A stretch of DNA of 64,000 nucleotides from Planctomycetota bacterium. GTDB taxonomy: Bacteria; Planctomycetota; UBA8108; SXIK01. The stretch spans positions 5,408,001 through 5,472,000 of the forward strand of contig CBDCXR010000004.1 of assembly GCA_965223845.1 (NCBI GenBank). Reading direction: 5' to 3'. A model generated the notes under the pieces. The model searched no databases. It saw nothing but the letters and a program-made list of their open reading frames with translations, and had not been told where the DNA came from. This document shows, one piece after another, positions 28,141 to 41,042 of this stretch. The first letter of the stretch is position 1, and every line of letters begins with the position of its first letter. The position numbers were made by a program, and so were the translations under genes.

Positions 28141-30207
28141 ATGCGTCACATCGCTCGATTTCCATCGATCGGCGCGCGATCGTTCGCCGCCCTTGCGCTC
28201 GTCTTCCTGGCGAGCTCTGCGGCCGTCGCCGCCGAGGCGCGACCGAACATCATTTTCATGTTCACCGACGACCACGCCTCGCACGCGATCGGCGCCTACG
28301 GGTCGAAAATCAACGTGACGCCCAACCTCGATCGCCTCAGCGCTCAAGGGATGCGCTTCGACAATTGCTTCTGCACAAACTCGATCTGCGGACCGAGCCG
28401 CGCGGTGATTCTCACGGGAAAGCACAGCCACCTGAACGGTTTCATGACGAACGGCGATCGCTTCGACGGTTCGCAGCAAACCGTTTCGAAGCTTCTCCGC
28501 GCCTCCGGCTATCAGACGGCGGTCGTCGGCAAGTGGCACCTGAAGACCGCCCCCACCGGCTTCGACTATTGGGAAGTCCTCATCGGCCAAGGACCGTACT
28601 ACAACCCTCCGATGCGGACCGAAGCGGGTACGCGGAAGCACATCGGGTACACGACCGACATCATCACGGACCTCGCGCTCGACTGGCTCGATCAGAAGCG
28701 CGACAAGTCTAAGCCGTTCTTCCTCATGTATCAGCACAAGGCGCCGCACCGCGAGTGGGCGCCGGGGCCCGATCACCTCACCCTCTACGACGACGTAGAG
28801 ATCCCCGAGCCGGCGACTCTATTCGACGATTGGGAGGGCCGGACGAGCGCCGCGAAGACCCAGACGATGACGATCGCTCGCCACATGAGCGACCGCGATC
28901 TCAAGTTCGTCCCGCCGCGGAACCTCACTCCCGAGCAGCTCGAGAAGTGGAACGCGGCCTACGGCCCGAAAAACGAGGCGTTCAAAAAGGCAAATCTCGA
29001 GGGCAAGGCACTCGTTCGCTGGAAGTATCAGCGCTACATCAAGGACTACCTTCGCTGCATCGCGTCGGTCGACGACAACATCGGGCGCCTCCTCGAATAC
29101 CTCGAGAAGAACGGGCTCTCGAAAAACACGGTCGTGATGTACAGCTCGGATCAGGGGTTCTATCTCGGCGATCACGGCTGGTACGACAAGCGATGGATGT
29201 ACGAAGAGTCCCTGCGGATGCCGTTCATCGTGCGTTGGCCGGACGTCGTCAAGGCGGGCTCGGTCAATCGCGACCTCGTACAGAATCTCGATTTTGCCGA
29301 GACCTTTCTCGAGATCGCCGGCGCTTCGATTCCGAGTGACATGCAGGGGAGAAGCCTCGTCCCCCTGCTGAAGGGCGGAACTCCGGCCGATTGGCGGAAG
29401 TCGATCTACTACCACTACCTCGAGTTCCCCGGCGCGCACAGCGTTCGTCGGCACTTCGGCGTACGCACCGATCGGTACAAGCTCATCCGCTACTACGGCA
29501 TCGACGAGTGGGAGCTCTTCGATCTCGCGAAGGACCCGGACGAGCTGAGAAGCGTCTACACGTCGGCGGACTACGCCGGCGTGGTGGCGGACCTGAAGAC
29601 CGAGCTCACACGGCTGCAGGGTGTCTACCGTGACACGGAACCGACGGTCGGTGCCGGGGAGCGGAGCCAACGTGCACTCCGGCGGAGGGCGAAGGGCGTC
29701 CGTCGAGAACTCGTGCTTCTCCTCGACAAAGCCGACGCGCGCGCGCGCACCGGAATCGATCCCGCCGCCAAACCGCTCACGGTCGGGGCGAGCTGTGTCC
29801 CGAAATCGGGCGACGGGGTGATCATTGCGCAGGGCGGAGAAGCGTACGGCTACAGCATCTATCTGAGAGTTGGCGTGCCGCACTTCACCGTCCGGAACGA
29901 AGGCGATCCGCGCACGGTGCGCGCGAAGAAAGCGGTGCCGGTGGGCGAGCGCGTCCACCTCGCCGCGGCCGTGCGCCCGAACGGTCGGCTGGTGCTCTAC
30001 GTAGGCGGGGAAGTCGTCGCGGAGGGGAAGGGATATCTTCTCTCGAACCGGCCGGCCGATTCACTGACCGTCGGTTCGGATGCGGGCTCCGTCGTCGGTG
30101 ACTACGCGGGACCGTTCGCCTTCGAGGGTGAACTGAGCAACATTCGCCTCTACTGGGGTGTCCTCCCGAACGACGAGCTCTCGGCCTGGGTCGGCGAGAA
30201 GCGCTGA
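28141..30207 (+). CDS. Formylglycine-dependent sulfatase with C-terminal LamG-like domain
   Basis: [12 protein letters not shown]; [11 protein letters not shown] (CxPxR); GKWHL; SSDQG..GDHG..DKR; C-terminal [23 protein letters not shown]. Start ATG 28141 with signal peptide. Confidence 0.92.
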   Translation: MRHIARFPSIGARSFAALALVFLASSAAVAAEARPNIIFMFTDDHASHAIGAYGSKINVTPNLDRLSAQGMRFDNCFCTNSICGPSRAVILTGKHSHLNGFMTNGDRFDGSQQTVSKLLRASGYQTAVVGKWHLKTAPTGFDYWEVLIGQGPYYNPPMRTEAGTRKHIGYTTDIITDLALDWLDQKRDKSKPFFLMYQHKAPHREWAPGPDHLTLYDDVEIPEPATLFDDWEGRTSAAKTQTMTIARHMSDRDLKFVPPRNLTPEQLEKWNAAYGPKNEAFKKANLEGKALVRWKYQRYIKDYLRCIASVDDNIGRLLEYLEKNGLSKNTVVMYSSDQGFYLGDHGWYDKRWMYEESLRMPFIVRWPDVVKAGSVNRDLVQNLDFAETFLEIAGASIPSDMQGRSLVPLLKGGTPADWRKSIYYHYLEFPGAHSVRRHFGVRTDRYKLIRYYGIDEWELFDLAKDPDELRSVYTSADYAGVVADLKTELTRLQGVYRDTEPTVGAGERSQRALRRRAKGVRRELVLLLDKADARARTGIDPAAKPLTVGASCVPKSGDGVIIAQGGEAYGYSIYLRVGVPHFTVRNEGDPRTVRAKKAVPVGERVHLAAAVRPNGRLVLYVGGEVVAEGKGYLLSNRPADSLTVGSDAGSVVGDYAGPFAFEGELSNIRLYWGVLPNDELSAWVGEKR

Positions 30208-30360
30208 GCTCGGGGTCGACGCGGCTCGAAAATCGCCGAACGCGCGGCTATGATTCCCGCGTTTCCGGCGTCGAGCCGCGCCATCGGCGGCGCGGTTCTC
30301 CTCCGACTCGGCTCGACGACCGATACGCAGGATCTCGAACTCAGCCAGGACTCGACTCAG

Positions 30361-32088
30361 GTGACGACCCCTCCCACGACCCCTTCGACCGGCGCGCCCG
30401 AAGGCTCCTCTCCCGAATCGGAGTCGGCGTCCCGCAGCTTCATCGATCAGATCATTCACGAGCACGCGGAGTCTGGCCGTTTCGATGGACGCGTTCACAC
30501 GCGCTTCCCCCCGGAGCCCAACGGCTACCTTCACATCGGCCACGCGAAGTCGATCTGCCTCAACTTCGGGCTCGCCGAGAAGTACGGCGGACTCTGCAAT
30601 CTCCGCTTCGACGATACGAATCCGACGAAGGAAGACGTCGAGTACGTGGAGTCGATCCAGGATGACGTCCGCTGGCTCGGATTTGAATGGAACGGCGAAA
30701 CGCTCTTCGCATCCGACTATTTCGAGCGGCTGTGCGACTGCGCGGTTCAATTGATTCGCGACGGCAAGGCGTACGTCGACAGCTTGTCGCTCGAAGAGAT
30801 CCGCGACTACCGCGGCTCGCTCACCGAGCCGGGAAAGAACAGCCCCTACCGGGATCGCAGCGTCGAAGAGAATCTCGACCTCTTCGAACGAATGCGCGCG
30901 GGAGAATTCGACGACGGAGCGCACGTACTCCGGGCGAAAATCGACATGGCGTCGCCCAACATGAACCTGCGCGACCCGCCGATTTACCGCATCCGACGAG
31001 TCGCACACCACCGAACGGGCGACGCGTGGTGCGTCTACCCGATGTACGACTTCACGCACGGGCTCTGCGATTCTTTCGAATCGATCACGCACTCGATCTG
31101 CACTCTCGAATTCGAGAACCATCGCCCCCTCTACGATTGGTTTCTCGACGAGCTCGACGTCTACCATCCGCAGCAGATCGAGTTCGCGCGACTCAGCATC
31201 ACGCACACCGTGCTCAGCAAGCGAAAGCTCCTCGAGCTCGTCGAAGGCGGATACGTGAGCGGCTGGAACGACCCCCGTATGCCGACCATCGCCGGGCTGA
31301 GGCGCCGAGGCTACACGCCGAAGGCGATCCGGAACTTCTGCGACACGATCGGTGTCGCAAAGAACGACAGCACGATCGACATGGTCGTCCTCGAAAACAG
31401 CATCCGAGAAGACCTCAACGAAACCGCTGAACGGCGGATGGCGGTCTTGCGACCGCTCAAAGTTGTCATCGAGAACTTTCCGGAGGGTGACGTCGACGAG
31501 CTCGACGCGGCGAACCACCCGCAGCGACCGGAGCTGGGCTCGCGCAAGGTGCCGTTCAGCCGCGAGCTCTTCATCGAACGGGATGACTTTCTGGAAGCTC
31601 CGCCGAAGAAATTCTTTCGCCTCGGGCCCGATCGAGAAGTGCGGCTCCGGTACGGCTACTTCATCCGCTGCGTCGACGTCGTGAAGAACGACGCGGGCGA
31701 GGTCGTCGAGCTGCGCTGCACCTACGACCCCGAGACTCGGGGCGGATCGGCGCCCGACGGCCGCAAGGTGAAGGGTACGCTCCACTGGGTGTCCGCGGCC
31801 CACGCGGTCGACGCCGAGGTGCGGCTGTACGATCACCTCTTCTCGACGCCCGATCCGTCCGCGGGCGACGGCGACTTCAAGGATCACCTGAACCCGAGCT
31901 CGCTCGAGGTCGCTTCGGGGAAGCTCGAACCGAGCCTCGGCGACGCGCGGGCGGAAGATCGATTCCAGTTCGAGCGGGTCGGGTACTTCTGCCTCGACTC
32001 ACGCGACTCGCAGTCGGGTGCGCTGGTGTTTAATCGGACGGTTTCGCTGCGGGATCAGTGGGCGAAAATCTCGGGGCGGGGAGGATAG
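30361..32088 (+). CDS. glnS: Glutamine--tRNA ligase
   Basis: [83 protein letters not shown]. Start is approximate (GTG 30361). Confidence 0.96.
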   Translation: MTTPPTTPSTGAPEGSSPESESASRSFIDQIIHEHAESGRFDGRVHTRFPPEPNGYLHIGHAKSICLNFGLAEKYGGLCNLRFDDTNPTKEDVEYVESIQDDVRWLGFEWNGETLFASDYFERLCDCAVQLIRDGKAYVDSLSLEEIRDYRGSLTEPGKNSPYRDRSVEENLDLFERMRAGEFDDGAHVLRAKIDMASPNMNLRDPPIYRIRRVAHHRTGDAWCVYPMYDFTHGLCDSFESITHSICTLEFENHRPLYDWFLDELDVYHPQQIEFARLSITHTVLSKRKLLELVEGGYVSGWNDPRMPTIAGLRRRGYTPKAIRNFCDTIGVAKNDSTIDMVVLENSIREDLNETAERRMAVLRPLKVVIENFPEGDVDELDAANHPQRPELGSRKVPFSRELFIERDDFLEAPPKKFFRLGPDREVRLRYGYFIRCVDVVKNDAGEVVELRCTYDPETRGGSAPDGRKVKGTLHWVSAAHAVDAEVRLYDHLFSTPDPSAGDGDFKDHLNPSSLEVASGKLEPSLGDARAEDRFQFERVGYFCLDSRDSQSGALVFNRTVSLRDQWAKISGRGG

Positions 32089-32122
32089 TCCCGGCGTATG
32101 TGCGACCGTGGGAGGAGAATTG

Positions 32123-32315
32123 CACACGAAGAGCGCGAAGAGCCGCGAAGAAAGACGAAGGAGAGAGAAACGAGGACACGGACGAGAGCGATCGGTAGAG
32201 CCTCGTTTAGATGTGACTCTGTACGATCGTCCAGTCCCTTGAAGACGTTCTGGCTCTCTTTCTACAAATCACCTCTTGTTCGTCTTCCTTCGCGGCTCTT
32301 CGCGCTCTTCGTGTG
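32123..32315. repeat. Inverted-repeat intergenic element (CGAAG-unit arms), copy 2
   Basis: 37-bp arms 32123-32159 and 32279-32315 (CACACGAAGAGCGCGAAGAGCCGCGAAGaAAGACGAA) with 1 mismatch; lies between convergent glnS and peroxiredoxin genes. Confidence 0.9.
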
Positions 32316-32354
32316 AATCCTCTTCAAAGAACATGCATGCGCGTCGAATGAAAC

Positions 32355-32990
32355 CTAGCGATTAGGCTGAGGAGTATACCGAAGATAAGGCTTCACCGTC
32401 CGGTGCCCCTTCGGGAACTTCTCCGGCACTTCCGAGTCCGGAACCGCCGGCACGATGATGCAGTCCTCTCCGTCCTCCCAGTTCGCCGGTGTCGCCACCT
32501 GGTAGTTCGCCGTGAGCTGGAGCGAATCGATGACGCGGAGGAGCTCCGCGAAGTTTCGCCCGGTCGACGCCGGATAGGTCAAGGTCAGCTTGACCTTCTT
32601 GTCGGGTCCGATCACGAACACCGAACGCACCGTCATATTGTCCGAGGCATTCGGGTGGATCATGTCGTAAAGCGTCGAGACGTGCCGATCGGGGTCCGCG
32701 ATCATCGGAAAGTTGACTGTCGTCTCCTGAGTCTCGTTGATGTCCTTGATCCAGCCCGTGTGATCCTCTAGTGGATCGACGCTGAGGCCGATCACTTTCA
32801 CGCCGCGACGATCGAACTCGTCCTTGATCTTCGCGACCGTGCCGAGCTCGGTCGTGCACACCGGCGTGTAATCCTTCGGATGCGAGAAGAGAACACACCA
32901 TCCGCCTTCGATCCAATCGTGGAAGTGAATCGTTCCTTCGGTCGTTTCGGCGGTGAAGTCCGGAGCCGTGTCTCCGAGTCGTACTGCCAT
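32355..32990 (-). CDS. 1-Cys peroxiredoxin (Prx6 family)
   Basis: FSHPKDYTPVCTTE active site; YPASTGRNF; VATPANW; KPYLRYTPQP; RBS GGAGGGGAG. Confidence 0.95.
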   Translation of the reverse strand: MAVRLGDTAPDFTAETTEGTIHFHDWIEGGWCVLFSHPKDYTPVCTTELGTVAKIKDEFDRRGVKVIGLSVDPLEDHTGWIKDINETQETTVNFPMIADPDRHVSTLYDMIHPNASDNMTVRSVFVIGPDKKVKLTLTYPASTGRNFAELLRVIDSLQLTANYQVATPANWEDGEDCIIVPAVPDSEVPEKFPKGHRTVKPYLRYTPQPNR

Positions 32991-33309
32991 TGCTCCCCTC
33001 CTTCAGGGTAGTTTCTGCCGATAGCTCGCCAACGCGACGGCGGTGCGGTGCCTGCGTCTTCTTCCCGGATGGGTCTCGATCCCGACGCCCCGTCCGAGCC
33101 CATCAAAACCGAGCTCGCGAGGGCCGTCAACCTTCGGTCGGACGTTCCGAAACGCTCCGTGCCGCGGCCTCACCGAAGGCGATTCGACCGCAAATTCAGC
33201 GCTTCTTTTGGCTGCTGTACCCGATTCGACGGACGCGAAGGCCCATCGTATTCTTCTCCAGCCGTTCCTGTAACGAGCGTTCCGTTCGTTGAGCTGTCAG
33301 GGGAAGAGT

Positions 33310-34457
33310 ATGAGCGTCAAAGAAACGACCACGATTCGTCGCGGCGTCAGTCGGGAGGCGGATCCACGCGCCGCCGCGGAAGAGCTGTACGAGTCTCTCA
33401 AGGGCGAAGGCACGGAACTCGTCTTCTTCTTTGTCGCTCCGCAGTACGACCTCGAGGAGCTCGGCGGCCATCTCGCTCGGCTGTTCGGGGAAACGAAAGT
33501 CATCGGTTGCACCACCGCCGGCGAAATCACACCGATCGGCTACGTGCGTGACTCGATCACGGGTGTCGCGCTGCCGTCGTCTCGTTTCCGCGCGGTCTCC
33601 ACCTGCATCGAGAACGTGAGCGAACTCGAGTGCGCGCGGGGGGCAGAGATCGCCGAGGAGCTCCGGTCGCGGATGCGAAAGGAGCACCCGGAGCTCGAGC
33701 ATTTCTTCGCCTTCCTTCTCATCGACGGGCTCACGATGTCCGAGGAGAAGGTGGTCAGCAGCCTTCACCAAAGCCTCTCGGATGTCCCGCTCTTCGGTGG
33801 CTCAGCGGGTGACGGCGTGACGTTCAAGCGAACGTTCGTGTACGCGGACGGCAAGTTTCGAACGGATGCGGCCGCACTGACGCTCGTAGGCACCAAGGAT
33901 CCGTTCCACGTTTTCAAGACGGAGCACTTCGAGAGCTCCGAGGAGAAAGTCGTGGTAACGCGGGCCGATCCGGATCGCCGCATCGTTCACGAGATCAACG
34001 GTCTTCCCGCGGGCGAAGAGTACGCGCGCCTCGTGGGTCTCGGGAGCGTTGAGCTCTCGCCCATGATCTTCGCGACCTACCCCGTCGTAGTCCGCGTCGG
34101 CGGCAAAAACTACGTGCGGTCGATTCAGCAGGTGAACGAAGACGGAAGTCTCACTTTCTTCTGCGCCATCGACGAAGGCATCGTGCTCACCCTCGCGCGC
34201 GGCGTCGATCTTCTCGACAATCTCCGCGAGACGCTGGAGAACGTGAAGCGCATCGTCGGGCCACCGCAGCTCGTGCTCGCCTGCGACTGCATTCTCCGCA
34301 ACCTCGAGGTCGATCAGAAAGAGCTCGTCAACGAGGTGAGCGATCTCCTCGACGAGTACAACGCGGTCGGCTTCGGGACTTACGGCGAGCAGTTCAACGG
34401 TATGCACGTCAATCAGACGTTTACTGGGGTCGCGATCGGAGCCGAGACCGAAGACTA

Positions 34458-34458
<1 letters not shown>
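33310..34458 (+). CDS. nosP: FIST-domain heme/NO-sensing protein (NosP-like)
   Basis: IGCTTAGEITP, LLIDGL, FGGSAGD, EING.PA.EEYAR, YVRSIQ, LTFFCAI, CDCILR, GFGTYGEQ..GMHVNQT. Its stop overlaps the ATG of the kinase (TAATG). Confidence 0.85.
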
Positions 34459-36700
<2,242 letters not shown>

Positions 36701-36707
<7 letters not shown>

Positions 36708-38275
36708 TCTCCGCCGTCCTCGGGCGGTAGCTCTCGCGCGACGAACTCGTAGACCGTGACGTGATTCTCGGCCTCTCCCGCCGAATCGCGGAAGTGAGCG
36801 ACGACCTTTGCCTCGACGCCTTCGAACGCAGCGCGCTCCGCGTCCGAAAACTGCGCCCGATCTCGTTCGCGAACGATCGCGAAATGTCGTCCCGGTTTGC
36901 CCGCGCTCGGCGCGAGACTAGGCACTCTCGAATTCTCGACGCCCGCAAGGAGAGCCGCAAACGCGTACCGCACTCCGAGCGTATCGGTAGACGAGCGACG
37001 TTCGGCCACCCACTCGGCGGCGGCGACGACCGCGCGGTAGTTCTGATGCAGGCGCCGCCCGAAGAGCGACGGCACCGAGGCCGCGGCGGTGAGAGCGATG
37101 ACGAAAGCGAGCTTTGCCCAAGGCCTCGACCGCTTGAAGATCGTGCGCGAGGAGAGCTCCGCGAGAAGAGCGACGGAGAGGCAGGTGAGGAGTGGGGCTA
37201 GCGCGAGAAAGTAGCGGGCTGAGGTGTACCCGCTGCGCGAACGTACGACGAGAGTCGCGAGAAGAACGCCTCCACCGAACAGCGCGGCAAAGAGTCGTCC
37301 CGGGGTGCGCGCCCCGCGCAGGAGAACCATCGCAACGCCGAGCGCCCCTCCGATCGCGTGAAGATATTGGTGCTCGGCCCCGAACGCAGAGACGACGTCG
37401 AGAGACGCCTCCGCGGCGTCCGTGAAGCGCGACGCGCCGAATCCCGCGAGTGTTACCAAGCCTCCCTCCGGTGTCGCCGCTGCTCCTTCGAGAGAGAGGA
37501 TTCGCGACACGGGTTTCGGACTGATGCGACCGCAGACGACGACGAACGGCACGAATCCCGCAACGAATCCTCCGAGCAAAGCGCCCACGTCTCGGAGTCG
37601 CCCGACTACTCCGCGGCCGGTTCCCTCGATGCGCGGGGAGAGGATCACAAGACTCGCGACGAGCGCGGCGAGGCAAACGATGGCGTCGAATCGCACCCAG
37701 TAGGCCGCCGACGCGACGAGACCGCACACGGCGAATCCTCGCGCCCGCGACCAGCCCTCTCGTTCCGCGGCGAGGACGAAGAGCCACGCCGCGCCGAGTG
37801 CGAGCGTCGCGTAGAGCGGGTCGGAGAGGACGTCGCTCGTCTGCCAGAGGGGACGAGGAAGAAGGACGTAAGCGAGACATCCCGTCACCGCAACTCCGAA
37901 CGCCCAAGTGCGAAGGGCGAAGAGGAACGCGAAGCCGACGCCGATCGCGCCGATGGCCGCCGTAGCGATCTGCGCGAGCCGGACTCGACCTCGGGGCGAG
38001 TCGATCCCGACGGACCGCCCGACACCGAAGACCCCGGCGAGAAAGAGTGGATATCCGGGGTGGTCTCGCTCGCGGCGGGAAACATCCGTCAAGGCCTCCG
38101 TCGCGAGCGCGTTCGCGTAGCCGAAGTACCGGACCCCGTCCCGCGCCGGACCGACCGAGGTCGAGATCACAGCGGCTCGAGTCGCGATGTAAACGGTGAG
38201 GACCACGCCAAACGCCGCGACCGCACGGAAACGGTCCCGGGATCGGTGAGGAGCTGAGAGCGTTCGTTCGGCCAC
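36701..38275 (-). CDS. Polytopic membrane protein, GT-C fold glycosyltransferase-like (PMT/ArnT-like)
   Basis: RDGVRY loop after TM1, HPGYP, LSDP, AYWVR.D, ARYFL.L.P and about 11-12 hydrophobic segments. Confidence 0.65.
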
Positions 38276-38279
38276 GACG

Positions 38280-39089
38280 TTACCAATGCATCACGTACCC
38301 GCCGTCGACGTTGATCGTCTGGCCGGTGATGGAGCGCGAACGCGGCGAGGCGAGGAACACGGCCATCGCGGCGACCTCGGCGGCTTCCTGCCAGCGGCCG
38401 AGGGGAACGACCTCAGCGATCTTCTCAGCCGCCCACGCCTCGTAGTCGGGCGGGTCGGCGTCGTTCTGCCGGCGCCGCCAAGCCTCCCACACGGATCGGT
38501 TGAGCTCCGTTTTCACCATCCCCGGACACAGACAATTGACGCGCACACGGTGCGGCGCGAGGTCTTTTGCCGCGCACTGTGCGAAGTTGATCACGCCAGC
38601 TTTTGCCGCGCTGTACGGCGGATCGGTTTGCGACCCGATCTGCCCCGCGACGGATGAGAAGAAGAGCAACGATCCGGATTTCTTTGCGACGAGGTGCGGG
38701 GCGAACGCGTGCCCGACGTGGACGACTCCGCGGAGGTTGACGTCGAGGACCTTGGACCACGACTCGGGAGAGACGTTCCAGAATGGAAAGCCGAACTCTC
38801 CCGAACCGATCCCCACGGCGGAGACGACGTGATCGAACCCGCCGCGCTCCTCGACGGTCCTTTCGGCGACTCGCTCGAGCGCCGCGAGATCCATCACGTC
38901 CGCTTCGAAGGCGAGCGCGGGGCGTGCCGTGTCCTCCTCGATCGCACGCGAGACTTCTCGGACGACTGCGTCGCGATCGACGACGACGACCGACGCGCCT
39001 TCAGCGGCGAAGGCGTCCGCGACCGCGCGACCGATGCCGCGCGCAGCGCCGATGACTACCGCGGTCGTACCGCCGAGCTCGAGGTCCAT
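38280..39089 (-). CDS. SDR family NAD(P)-dependent oxidoreductase
   Basis: GAARGIG, SSVAG, YSAAK, RVNCLCPG, ITGQTINVDGG. True start is ATG 39089 (GAGG RBS); the longer track ORF extends antisense to the symporter. Confidence 0.92.
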   Translation of the reverse strand: MDLELGGTTAVVIGAARGIGRAVADAFAAEGASVVVVDRDAVVREVSRAIEEDTARPALAFEADVMDLAALERVAERTVEERGGFDHVVSAVGIGSGEFGFPFWNVSPESWSKVLDVNLRGVVHVGHAFAPHLVAKKSGSLLFFSSVAGQIGSQTDPPYSAAKAGVINFAQCAAKDLAPHRVRVNCLCPGMVKTELNRSVWEAWRRRQNDADPPDYEAWAAEKIAEVVPLGRWQEAAEVAAMAVFLASPRSRSITGQTINVDGGYVMHW

Positions 39090-39287
39090 GATTCGTCCTC
39101 TAAGGGTCGATTGAAGCTCGCAGTTTAGCACCACGGTTCGGAATCGCCCACGACGTGATCTACGCCGAATCGGGTCGGCTCTCCGCTGCGATGTCTGGAC
39201 GGCTCCGACTCGATGCATCATAGTTTGGAGCTCGCAATCATGGGGCGCTCGAGCGCCGAGTTGCGGATTTGTGAAAAGGCGGACTTC

Positions 39288-40994
39288 GTGCCCGATCTCC
39301 ATCCCGTCGACGCGACGGTCATCGTTCTCTATCTCGCCGGAATCACCGCCGCCGGCGCGTGGATGGGTCGTCGAGTGAAGACCACTCGCGACCTCTTCAT
39401 GCCGCGCCGGTTCGGAAAGGCGATGATGATCATGCACGCCTTCGGATCCGGCACGGCGACCGATCAAGCGGTCAGCGTTGCCTCCGGGGCGTTTCGCTCC
39501 GGACTCTCCGGCATCTGGTACCAGTGGCTCTGGCTTCCCTCGACGCCCGTCTACTGGCTGATGGCGCCGATCTTTCGGCGCTTCCGCGCGACCACGACCG
39601 CGGACGTGCTCGAGCTCCGCTTCGACCGGAGCGTCGCGACGCTCTTCGCGGTCGTCGGCATCGCCGGCATGTCGGTGAAGATCGGAGTGATGCTGAAAGG
39701 CGCCGGCGCCCTCGCTCAGGCGGGTACGGGAGACTCGCTCCCCGCAGACGTCGCGATCGCCGTGATCACGGTGCTCTTCGTCGCCTACGGCATGATCGGC
39801 GGGCTCGGCGCGGCGATCGTGACCGATTTCGTTCAAGGGCTCCTCACGATCCTCTTCTCGTTCCTTCTGCTGCCGTTCGTTCTCTACGAAGTCGGCGGAG
39901 TGAGCGGGATGCGCGAGCGAGTGGGCGACGACTTCCTTTCGCTCGTCTCCCCGGGGGAGATCTCCGTGTTCTTCGTCGTCATGTTTTCCTTGCAGGCGCT
40001 CGTCGGCATCGTGAGCTTTCCTCACGTCATGGGCGCATGCGCGGCCGGGAAGACCGAGTGGGAAGGACGCGTCGGGTTCGTCGTCGGCAATCTCGTCAAG
40101 CGAGTGTGTACCGTCGCGTGGTGTCTCACCGGCATCGCCGCCGTCGCCTGGTACCTCGGCGAGGGCCGCGAGCCGACCGCCGCGAACGCCGACGGCGTCT
40201 ACGGCGAAATGGCGGCGACGTTTCTTCCTGCGATCAGTCCCGGACTCCTCGGCGTGTTTCTCGCGTCGATGCTCGCGGCGATCATGAGCTCCTGCGATTC
40301 CTTCATGATCTCGTCGTCCGCGCTCTTCACGGAGAACATCTACAAGCCGTTCTTCGGCAGCGAAGATCCGCGGCGCCGACTCCTCGTCGGTCGCGTCGCC
40401 GGTCTCGGTGTCGTGGCCGGCGGGCTCGCGTTCGCATACTGGACGCCCGATGTCATCGCCGCGCTCAAGACGTGGTTCAAGATCGGCCCGATGACGGGAA
40501 TCGTCCTTTGGATCAGTCTCGTGTGGCGCCGGATGACGGTCGCCGGTGCGTGGGCGACGACTCTCGCCGGCTTTGGGAGCTGGTGGATCGCCACCCGCTC
40601 GTGGTTCGTCCAGTGGGCCGAGACGCTATCCTTCGCCGAAGCGATCGGACTCACCGCGACGAAGGGCGATCGATCGGTCATCTACGAGCCGTGGGTGATC
40701 GTGCTCTATCTTTCGACCGCAGTGATCGCCGGCGTCGGAGTGAGTCTCGTCACGCGAGCGGTGCGCGAAGAAAAGCTCAGCCGGTTCTACGCGCTCATCC
40801 GGACTCCGGTGCAGCCCGACGAAGCCGACGTCGAGCCCTGCACGCTCCCGCCCGGCGCCGAAACGCGCCCACCGCTCTGGCGCGGCTGGGGGTTCGAGAT
40901 CCCACGGCCGTCACGGACTTCGGTCATTGGGTTCGCTGTCATCTGGTTAGCCATCGCGGCGCTGGTCGGCGGCGTGGTTTGGTTGGTGGCTTGA
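39288..40994 (+). CDS. Sodium:solute symporter (SSS/SLC5) family transporter
   Basis: GGLGAAIVTDFVQG, LAAIMSSCDS..SSALFTENIY, about 13-14 TM segments. Start GTG 39288. Confidence 0.9.
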   Translation: MPDLHPVDATVIVLYLAGITAAGAWMGRRVKTTRDLFMPRRFGKAMMIMHAFGSGTATDQAVSVASGAFRSGLSGIWYQWLWLPSTPVYWLMAPIFRRFRATTTADVLELRFDRSVATLFAVVGIAGMSVKIGVMLKGAGALAQAGTGDSLPADVAIAVITVLFVAYGMIGGLGAAIVTDFVQGLLTILFSFLLLPFVLYEVGGVSGMRERVGDDFLSLVSPGEISVFFVVMFSLQALVGIVSFPHVMGACAAGKTEWEGRVGFVVGNLVKRVCTVAWCLTGIAAVAWYLGEGREPTAANADGVYGEMAATFLPAISPGLLGVFLASMLAAIMSSCDSFMISSSALFTENIYKPFFGSEDPRRRLLVGRVAGLGVVAGGLAFAYWTPDVIAALKTWFKIGPMTGIVLWISLVWRRMTVAGAWATTLAGFGSWWIATRSWFVQWAETLSFAEAIGLTATKGDRSVIYEPWVIVLYLSTAVIAGVGVSLVTRAVREEKLSRFYALIRTPVQPDEADVEPCTLPPGAETRPPLWRGWGFEIPRPSRTSVIGFAVIWLAIAALVGGVVWLVA

Positions 40995-41014
40995 GCGCAG
41001 GGGGGACCTAGAAA

Positions 41015-41036
41015 GAGTTTTCACCACGAAGGGCAC
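41015..41036 (+). repeat. Truncated single arm of the CGAAG inverted-repeat element
   Basis: GAGTTTTCACCACGAAGGGCAC matches the arm ends of copies 1 and 3; lies between convergent genes. Confidence 0.65.
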
Positions 41037-41042
41037 CCACAT

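Noticed and set aside
39090-40025. Apparent N-terminal extension making a 581-aa SDR fusion
   Set aside because: The extension is antisense to the SSS symporter. The SDR has its own RBS and ATG at 39089.
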